Source: a bacterium (GTDB taxonomy: Bacteria; Bacillota; Clostridia; Christensenellales; Aristaeellaceae). From it: a stretch of DNA of 26,478 nucleotides. A model generated the notes under the pieces. It was given only the letters and a program-made list of their open reading frames with translations. It did no database searches and was not told the DNA's origin. The translations under genes and the position numbers were made by a program. The stretch lies in assembly GCA_963624325.1 (NCBI GenBank), contig CAVFPH010000021.1:1-26478 (forward strand), written 5' to 3'. Shown here in pieces: positions 1 through 5,487 of the stretch. Numbering within the stretch: position 1 is the first letter of the stretch; the number at the start of each line of letters is the position of its first letter.

Positions 1-215
1 GCCGTAAACCCCGCCGCAAGGTATGCGAGTTCTGCGTAAACAAGATCGCTTATATCGACTATAAGGACGTGAATCGTCTGCGCCGTTACATCAACGAGCG
101 CGGCAAGATCATGCCCCGCCGTATGACCGGCACCTGCGCAAAGCATCAGCGTCAGTTGTCCGAGGCCATCAAGCGCGCCCGTGCCATCGCGCTGCTGCCC
201 TACACGGTTGATTAA
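1..215 (+). CDS. rpsR: 30S ribosomal protein S18, C-terminal 70 codons (5' end lies outside the window)
   Basis: The frame beginning at nt 3 reads [70 protein letters not shown], then TAA at 213-215. This is the conserved S18 core (YKDV..L..YI...GKI.PRR.TG.C...QR.L..AIKRAR..ALLPY). Confidence 0.93.
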   Translation, partial: RKPRRKVCEFCVNKIAYIDYKDVNRLRRYINERGKIMPRRMTGTCAKHQRQLSEAIKRARAIALLPYTVD

Positions 216-223
216 GCTCAATT

Positions 224-259
224 AAAAAATCCCTCCGTCATAGACGGGGGGACTTTTTT
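224..259. terminator. Bidirectional rho-independent terminator shared by convergent rpsR and the GNAT gene
   Basis: About 10-bp GC-rich stem (230-239 TCCCTCCGTC pairs with 243-252 GACGGGGGGA, one G.U) with a 3-nt loop. It is flanked by A6 (224-229) and T6 (254-259), so a U-tract follows the hairpin on either strand. Confidence 0.8.
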
Positions 260-276
260 ATAGGAAAAGAAGATAA

Positions 277-765
277 TCAGTGCGTTTGGTTCAGCAGGCA
301 TTCCATGCGCAGGGTGCGCGCGGTGTAGCCGCAATGCTGATAAAAAGCAATGGCTTCCTGATTAAAGCACCATACGCTCAATTCCAGCGAGGTGCAGCCG
401 CGCTTCTGCGCCTCCGCGCGGCAGGCTTCCAGCAAGGCCCGGCCCACGCCCTGCCGCTGACAGGCATGCAGCACGCAGACATCGTCCACATACAGGCAAT
501 CGTGATCCACATAGGTGCTGTGGCTGCGGTAGCTGAGCCCCCAGCCGAAGGCATAGCCGATTACCTGGCCCGATGCATCCTGCGCAATCAGGTTGACATA
601 CTTGCCCTCGTTCAGGCGCTGTGCAAATTCCTTTGGGGTAAAATAGCGGGCTTCGGTTCTGAAAAGATCAGGCCGACCGGCGTGATGAAGCTCGGCGATT
701 TCTTTTTGCAGCGGGCGAATCTGCTCCCGGTCAGTGACCATGGCAGGGCGAATGGTAAAAGGCAT
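277..765 (-). CDS. GNAT-family N-acetyltransferase (162 aa)
   Basis: Acetyl-CoA binding motif QRQGVGRALL followed by a GNAT-like C-terminal part (SLELSVWCFNQEAIAFYQHCGY). The ORF track starts at a TTG (783). The ATG at 765 is preceded by AAGGAGG with a 5-nt spacer, so I take MPFTIRPAMV as the N-terminus. Confidence 0.85.
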   Translation of the reverse strand: MPFTIRPAMVTDREQIRPLQKEIAELHHAGRPDLFRTEARYFTPKEFAQRLNEGKYVNLIAQDASGQVIGYAFGWGLSYRSHSTYVDHDCLYVDDVCVLHACQRQGVGRALLEACRAEAQKRGCTSLELSVWCFNQEAIAFYQHCGYTARTLRMECLLNQTH

Positions 766-795
766 AGGAGCCTCCTTAGGCAAAAATATGCCTAA

Positions 796-823
796 ATTAT
801 AGCACGAGCAAATAAAAAGTCAA
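796..823 (-). promoter_or_regulatory. Candidate sigma-A promoter of the GNAT gene
   Basis: Minus strand reads TTGACT (823-818), a 16-nt spacer, then TATAAT (801-796). The -35 abuts the U-tract of the htrA terminator. Confidence 0.5.
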
Positions 824-852
824 AAAACCGTCCTCCATGTGAAGGACGGTTT
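821..852 (-). terminator. Rho-independent terminator of the htrA-like gene
   Basis: Minus strand reads AACCGTCCTTC-ACAT-GGAGGACGGTT followed by TTTTTTG. It starts about 20 nt after the stop codon at 872-874. Confidence 0.78.
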
Positions 853-871
853 CTGCTTGAGAATGCTTGCA

Positions 872-2188
872 TTACGCAGCGGGGGACGCGATCACCTGAA
901 GCGTTACGCTCATGTCAATGTATTCGCCTTCGCCGATATCGCTGATGTACTTGGCATCCAGGACGTTCTCGGCACGGTACACCTTAACCTGTACGGTGTC
1001 GCCCTCAGCATGGCTGAAGATGATCTCCTGCAGGCCTTCGGCGCTGGTAATGATGGTGCCGTCAACATCCACGATGATGTCGCCTGCCTGGATACCGGCG
1101 GCCTCAGCGGGAGAGTTTTCTTCAACCGAGATTACCAGGCATCCCTTGGGCAGGATCTGGCGGGAAACCGCGTTGTTGGTGGAATCCAGGGTCTGCACCG
1201 ATACGCCCAGACGCGGCTTGCTGGAAGCTTCATCGCCGGTGGTATTCAGATCGGCTTTTCTTTCCTTTTCGGCAAGGTACTGGCTGACGGATTCGGCGTC
1301 GTACTGTTCAAGTGCCTGACGGATATAGGGCTTTGCTACGTTGATGGGAATGCACATGCCGATGTTGTCAACGCTGGTGCTGGACAGATAGCTGCTGGTG
1401 TACTTCAAGGAAGGAATGCCCATCAGCTGACCCAGCACGTTGAACATGCCGCCGCCGGAGTTGCCGGAGCTGATGGCAGCATCCACCTGGATCATGGAGT
1501 TGGTTACAGTCGTCTTGCGGCCGTATTTATCGGTGCTGTCGGTTTCCACTTCGCGTTCCAGAGCGGATACAACGCCTACCGTGGTAGAACGGAAGAAATC
1601 TTCGCCCAGGGGATTGCCGATGACGATGGCCCATTCACCGGCCTGCAGCTGATCGCTGTCGCCCAGCGTTACAGGCTCCGCTTTGATTTCGGGGCACAGC
1701 AGCACTGCGATATCCGTGCTTTCATCGGACACAACCACCGTGGCATCATACTCGTTTTCGCCGTCGGATACGGTTACACGGGAAGCATCTTCAATCACGT
1801 GATAGTTGGTCAGGATGTGGCCGTACTGGCTGACCACGGTGCCGGAACCGGTGCCGGCAAGCTCTTCCTTGCTGGTTGTACCGCCGTTGCGGTTGCCGTA
1901 AGAATTGCCGAAGCCGTAGCCGTAGTAGTAGCCGTAGCTGTTGTTGTTGACGGTGGTAGTCTGATAGTTATTGATCAGCACTACGCTGTCGCGCACAGCG
2001 GCAACCGCAGCGGTAAAGGGATTGGACACCAGGGATGCATCCGTTTCGGTGTTGACAATCGCGTCAATCTCCGACGAGGAGAGGGTGCCCGACGCCTGGG
2101 CGGTCAGGACTGCGCCGGCAACCATCACGGCTGCCAACAGGACTGCTATAAAACCAAGGACCTTTTTATTGTTCTTCTTCATGTTCAT
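872..2188 (-). CDS. htrA: HtrA/DegP-family trypsin-like serine protease with N-terminal membrane anchor and C-terminal PDZ domain (438 aa)
   Basis: Catalytic triad contexts are present: TNYHVIEDA (His), TDIAVLL (Asp) and GNSGGGMF (Ser). PDZ-like segment: GCLVISVEENSPAEAAGIQAGDIIVDVDGTII. N-terminal anchor: MNMKKNNKKVLGFIAVLLAAVMVAGAVL. The ORF track extends to 2401, but AAAGGAG at 2192-2198 sits 3 nt or 9 nt before the ATGs at 2188 and 2182. The start is therefore 2188 or 2182. Confidence 0.9.
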   Translation of the reverse strand: MNMKKNNKKVLGFIAVLLAAVMVAGAVLTAQASGTLSSSEIDAIVNTETDASLVSNPFTAAVAAVRDSVVLINNYQTTTVNNNSYGYYYGYGFGNSYGNRNGGTTSKEELAGTGSGTVVSQYGHILTNYHVIEDASRVTVSDGENEYDATVVVSDESTDIAVLLCPEIKAEPVTLGDSDQLQAGEWAIVIGNPLGEDFFRSTTVGVVSALEREVETDSTDKYGRKTTVTNSMIQVDAAISSGNSGGGMFNVLGQLMGIPSLKYTSSYLSSTSVDNIGMCIPINVAKPYIRQALEQYDAESVSQYLAEKERKADLNTTGDEASSKPRLGVSVQTLDSTNNAVSRQILPKGCLVISVEENSPAEAAGIQAGDIIVDVDGTIITSAEGLQEIIFSHAEGDTVQVKVYRAENVLDAKYISDIGEGEYIDMSVTLQVIASPAA

Positions 2189-2267
2189 CTTCTCCTTTCG
2201 CATTACTGCGTGGATTGTCTGTTTCATGTACCCTCTTTCCTGAGTACGGGTATAGCATAACGCCAAT

Positions 2268-2296
2268 ATTTTACAGCAGTGTGAACGGAATATGAA
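2268..2296 (-). promoter_or_regulatory. Weak candidate promoter for htrA
   Basis: Minus strand reads TTCATA (2296-2291), a 17-nt spacer, then TAAAAT (2273-2268). The -35 matches only 4 of 6 positions. Confidence 0.3.
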
Positions 2297-2343
2297 TTGT
2301 ATCGGAAAATTGAGATTTTTTTCGGCATCCCCTATTGCATGCG

Positions 2344-2389
2344 AAAAAAGACCGTCTGTCTGCCCGGAGGGGGGACAGAACAGACGGTC
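2344..2389 (-). terminator. Rho-independent terminator of glgA
   Basis: Minus strand has GACCGTCTGT ... ACAGACGGTC (a 10-bp perfect stem with additional inner pairing) followed by TTTTTT. It starts 15 nt after the glgA stop. Confidence 0.85.
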
Positions 2390-2403
2390 GTTGGCATGCA
2401 TCT

Positions 2404-4068
2404 TTACTCTGCGGTTTTTTCGGTCTTCTTTGCCCGCGGTTTGCGGGGAGTCTTGGCAGCAGCGCTCGTTCCGGCTGCCTTCTTCGCCCGAGGTTTGGCC
2501 GGTTTCTTTTCGGTTTCAGCCTGCGGTGCTTCAGGTTCCATCCGGGCAGACGGCGCCTCCTCTGCTTCCCGCTTGGCCTCTGCCGGGGCGGTTTCGTCCG
2601 CCGGTACAGGGGCAGCAGCATCGATCTGCGCTTTGGGCAGGATGCTCATGTACAGGGACAGATAAGTCTCGGCAGAAGCGCCCCAGCTGTAATCGCCGTT
2701 CATGCCGCGCTCCTGCAGCTCATGCCAAACATCGGGATGCTCATGGTAATAGCGCAAAGCACGGCGAATGGTAAAGAGCATGTCGTGCGCGTTGTAATTA
2801 AAGAAGGTGAAACCGTTGCCGGCGTTGTTGTAGTGGTTATAGCTCAGCACCGTATCGCGCAGACCGCCGGTCTCCCGCACAATCGGCACGCACCCGTAAC
2901 GCAGGGCGATCATCTGGGACAGGCCGCAGGGTTCAAACTGCGAAGGCATCAGGAACATATCGGCGCCCGCATAAATGCGGTGAGCCAGCTGATGATCCAT
3001 CTGGAAGCGTGCCGCAACACGTCCCGGGTATTGCTGCTCTGCCCAGCTGAACAGGTTGACATAGCGGCTTTCGCCCATGCCCAGCACCACCAGCTGAACG
3101 TTTTCTTCCATGATCTGGCCGATTACATGATCTACAAGGTCCAGTCCCTTTTGGGAGGACAGGCGCCCCACCATGCCGATAACGGCGGTGTTCGGGTCCA
3201 CATTCAAGCCGAGGCTCTTCTGCAGTTCCGCCTTGCACACCGCGCGGCCCGAAAGATCCTGAATGCTGTAATGGGCGGGGATAAGCGGATCGGCAGACGG
3301 ATCATATTCCTGCATGTCAATGCCGTTGAGCACACCGGAAAGCGAATTCCGCCGTGCGCGCAGCAGCCCGTCCAGCCGCTCGCCGTAGTAGGCTGTCTGG
3401 ATCTCCTCGGCATAGCTGGGGCTGACGGTGGTAATCTCATCGGCATAAACCAGCGCGGCCTTCATAAAGTTGGCACAGCCGAAGCACTCCAGCTTGTCAT
3501 CGGTAAACACGCTGTCGGGCAGTTCCAGCACATCTTTAATCTGTTCAATGCCGAATACGCCCTGATACTGCAAGTTATGGATTGTATAAACCGTGCGGAT
3601 GCTGCGGTAGAATTCCGCCTGATCGTACTGGATGCGAAGAAGGGCGGGAATCATGCCGCTCTGCCAGTCATGGGCATGGATAATGTCGGGCTGAAAATCC
3701 AGCCTGGGCAGGGCGTCCAGTACGGCACGGCAGAAGAAGCCGAAGCGTTCGTATTCATCGCCGCCCAAGCCGTAAATATAGCTGCGCTTAAAATAGTACT
3801 CGTTGTCCACAAAGTAGAAGGTGACACCCTGGCGTTCCAGTGCCTCAATGCCGCAGTACTGATGCCGCCAGCCGAGCTTTACGTAAAAGTCCGTCACGTG
3901 GTGCAGCTGATTGCGGTATTTCTCCGCCATCATGCCGTATTTCGGCAAAATCACGCGGACATCATGCCCTTTGCGCGCAAGCACGGGGGCCAGAGCGCCG
4001 ACCACATCCGCCAATCCTCCCGTCTTGATAAATGGAACGCATTCACTGGCTGCAAACAATATCTTCAT
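2404..4068 (-). CDS. glgA: Glycogen (starch) synthase, ADP-glucose type, with a 77-aa low-complexity C-terminal tail (554 aa)
   Basis: Canonical GlgA N-terminus MKILFAASECVPFIKTGGLADVVGALAP. Conserved GT5/GT1 blocks: HAHDWQ, NLQYQG, VSPSYAEEI, GMVGRLSSQKG, PSQFEPCGLSQM. The ATG at 4068 is preceded by AAGGAG with a 9-nt spacer. The 110-codon N-terminal extension in the ORF track (to 4398) has no support. Confidence 0.93.
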   Translation of the reverse strand: MKILFAASECVPFIKTGGLADVVGALAPVLARKGHDVRVILPKYGMMAEKYRNQLHHVTDFYVKLGWRHQYCGIEALERQGVTFYFVDNEYYFKRSYIYGLGGDEYERFGFFCRAVLDALPRLDFQPDIIHAHDWQSGMIPALLRIQYDQAEFYRSIRTVYTIHNLQYQGVFGIEQIKDVLELPDSVFTDDKLECFGCANFMKAALVYADEITTVSPSYAEEIQTAYYGERLDGLLRARRNSLSGVLNGIDMQEYDPSADPLIPAHYSIQDLSGRAVCKAELQKSLGLNVDPNTAVIGMVGRLSSQKGLDLVDHVIGQIMEENVQLVVLGMGESRYVNLFSWAEQQYPGRVAARFQMDHQLAHRIYAGADMFLMPSQFEPCGLSQMIALRYGCVPIVRETGGLRDTVLSYNHYNNAGNGFTFFNYNAHDMLFTIRRALRYYHEHPDVWHELQERGMNGDYSWGASAETYLSLYMSILPKAQIDAAAPVPADETAPAEAKREAEEAPSARMEPEAPQAETEKKPAKPRAKKAAGTSAAAKTPRKPRAKKTEKTAE

Positions 4069-4123
4069 GCCTGTAAGCTCCTTTTCGCTTATTAAAAATG
4101 AAATAGATGACTTCCGTATGCTT

Positions 4124-4152
4124 ATATTACCATAAATACATCCTTCCTGCAA
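4124..4152 (-). promoter_or_regulatory. Candidate sigma-A promoter of glgA
   Basis: Minus strand reads TTGCAG (4152-4147), a 17-nt spacer, then TGgTAATAT (extended -10, hexamer 4129-4124). It lies about 55 nt upstream of the glgA ATG. Confidence 0.5.
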
Positions 4153-4207
4153 CCACAAAATCATGTCCATACAAAGAAGGCCGCTCAGTTCAATCTTCAA
4201 AAAATCC

Positions 4208-4236
4208 TTGACGCGTTGGAACAAATTAAGTAGAAT
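4208..4236 (+). promoter_or_regulatory. Candidate sigma-A promoter of the NusG_II/Gx gene pair
   Basis: TTGACG (4208-4213), a 17-nt spacer, then TAGAAT (4231-4236). It is divergent from the glgA promoter. Confidence 0.55.
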
Positions 4237-4273
4237 AGGGGGACGATAAGTGCAATGGAGGTTGCCTGCGACG

Positions 4274-4714
4274 ATGAAAAGATTGATTGCCCTGCTGATG
4301 GCGCTGATGATGATGATTTTGCCTGCGGCTGCCGAGGAGCAGCAGCTGACGCCTGCCGATTTCGGTTGGCCTGATGCGGCCGGATATGTGCGCATCACTG
4401 CCGGCAGCGAATATGCCTGGTACCCTCTGCCCGCGACAGAAGAAGAAACTTATGATGTAACCATCCAGCTGACTGACGGCGAAGGCAATCTGTATAAAAA
4501 CGTGGTTCGGATCACCCCTACCGGCACGTACATGCTCAGTTCCAATTGCGACAATCAGGATTGCATCAGTGAAGGCGAGGTAACGCTGGAAAACATGAGC
4601 ACGCGCATCCTGTCCAACTGGATCGTATGCCTGCCGCACCAGATATCCGTTGAGCTGTATTCTGCTCAGGAAATCGTGGATATGCTTTTGTCAGCCGTGA
4701 AGTCGGATGAATAA
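4274..4714 (+). CDS. Secreted or membrane-anchored NusG domain II-containing protein (DUF1312/NusG_II family, 146 aa)
   Basis: Signal-peptide-like MKRLIALLMALMMMILPAAA. Family-typical motifs: CDNQDCISEG and NWIVCLPHQISVEL. It sits immediately upstream of a Gx transporter gene, which is the usual partner. The ORF track uses GTG at 4250, but the predicted TSS (about 4243) leaves no room for a leader. GGAGG (4257-4261) precedes the ATG at 4274. The start is uncertain (4250 or 4274). Confidence 0.75.
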   Translation: MKRLIALLMALMMMILPAAAEEQQLTPADFGWPDAAGYVRITAGSEYAWYPLPATEEETYDVTIQLTDGEGNLYKNVVRITPTGTYMLSSNCDNQDCISEGEVTLENMSTRILSNWIVCLPHQISVELYSAQEIVDMLLSAVKSDE

Positions 4715-4726
4715 GGGGGCAAACCC

Positions 4727-5425
4727 TTGACGAAACGTTCAGATCATGCCGGCGTATACCGAATCAGCCTGTGTGCGCTCCTGCTGTCCATGATGCTGAT
4801 TGTCGGCTATGTGGAAAGCATGATTCCGCTCAATGTAGGCGTACCCGGCATCAAGCTGGGCATGAGCAACAGCGTACTCATTTTTGCGGTGTACATGCTG
4901 GATATTCCCACCGCGTTTATGCTCATGTCGCTCAAGGTGGTGCTCAGCGGAATTCTTTTTTCCGGTCCAAGTGCCATGATGTACGGCTTTGCAGGCGGTG
5001 TTCTGAGCCTTGTATGCATGTCGCTGCTCAGCTGTTTTAAGCGTCTGCCCATTCCGGCGGTAAGCACCGTCGGCGGCATTATGCACAACGTAGGGCAAAT
5101 TGGCATGTCCCTGCTCATATTGCAGGTGCCGCCCAAGAGCATGCTGCTGTATCTGCTTGTTTTGATGGGTGTCGGCGCTATCTGCGGTCTGCTGACCGGC
5201 GTGTGCGCCAAGAGCGTAATGGCGCATCTTAAGCACATTTCCCCCCGTCTTATCCAAAAGAACGGCCAAAACAAGCCGATTGTCTGGGTTGTAATGCTGG
5301 TGCTGCTGATTGCAATCGGCTTGATATGCTGGAAATCCGCAGCGCCGACTGCAGTCAAAACAGCCGACACCACGTTCGAATCCGGTGTGCCCGCACTGCA
5401 GGGATTGCCCGTGATGCCGAATTAA
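4727..5425 (+). CDS. Gx transporter family membrane protein (PF07456; often mis-annotated as heptaprenyl diphosphate synthase component I), 232 aa
   Basis: Polytopic membrane protein with the family-typical N-terminal region LLLSMMLIVGYVESMIPLNVGVPGIKLGMSNSV and HNVGQIG. TTG start is preceded by AAGGGGG with a 7-nt spacer. It pairs with the NusG_II gene 12 nt upstream. It carries an extra C-terminal TM helix (PIVWVVMLVLLIAIGLICW) plus a tail. Confidence 0.75.
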   Translation: MTKRSDHAGVYRISLCALLLSMMLIVGYVESMIPLNVGVPGIKLGMSNSVLIFAVYMLDIPTAFMLMSLKVVLSGILFSGPSAMMYGFAGGVLSLVCMSLLSCFKRLPIPAVSTVGGIMHNVGQIGMSLLILQVPPKSMLLYLLVLMGVGAICGLLTGVCAKSVMAHLKHISPRLIQKNGQNKPIVWVVMLVLLIAIGLICWKSAAPTAVKTADTTFESGVPALQGLPVMPN

Positions 5426-5451
5426 GTGCAAAAAAGCAAAATGAAAACAAG

Positions 5452-5481
5452 CAAAGCTCCTCGAAAAATCGGGGAGCTTTG
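5452..5481. terminator. Bidirectional terminator between the Gx transporter gene (+) and sbcC (-)
   Basis: CAAAGCTCC (5452-5460) pairs with GGAGCTTTG (5473-5481), with inner pairing in the loop. The minus strand continues CTTGTTTTCATTTTGCTTTTTT. The plus strand continues TTGTATTTA. Confidence 0.65.
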
Positions 5482-5487
5482 TTGTAT

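Noticed and set aside
839-2260. Long antisense ORFs opposite recognised genes. Examples: 839-2260 (+), 2335-4095 (+), 7156-8163 (+), 8364-9290 (+), 9545-12361 (-), 16265-17479 (+), 18305-20053 (+), 21059-22549 (+), 22875-24635 (-).
   Set aside because: Each lies fully inside a strongly conserved gene on the other strand. Their composition is skewed (Ala/Gly/His/Arg/Gln-rich), and they have no recognisable motifs and no RBS. Stop-poor mirror frames like these are expected in GC-rich coding DNA.
2189-2401. N-terminal extensions in the ORF track for htrA (to 2401), glgA (to 4398), ppdK (from 9491), pyrI (to 12860), carB (to 19888), the GNAT gene (to 783) and the aminotransferase (to 26011).
   Set aside because: The extensions run through terminators, promoters or upstream genes. 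They also begin upstream of a well-spaced AGGAGG-type RBS that precedes an internal ATG matching the conserved family N-terminus.
2271-2621. Arg/Pro-rich 116-aa ORF overlapping the glgA tail in another frame, plus several + strand ORFs in the same area (2292-2774, 2297-2665).
   Set aside because: These are alternative frames of the low-complexity GC-rich sequence that encodes the GlgA tail. The minus-strand ORF crosses the glgA terminator and none of them has an RBS, whereas the glgA frame is continuous with a conserved catalytic domain.
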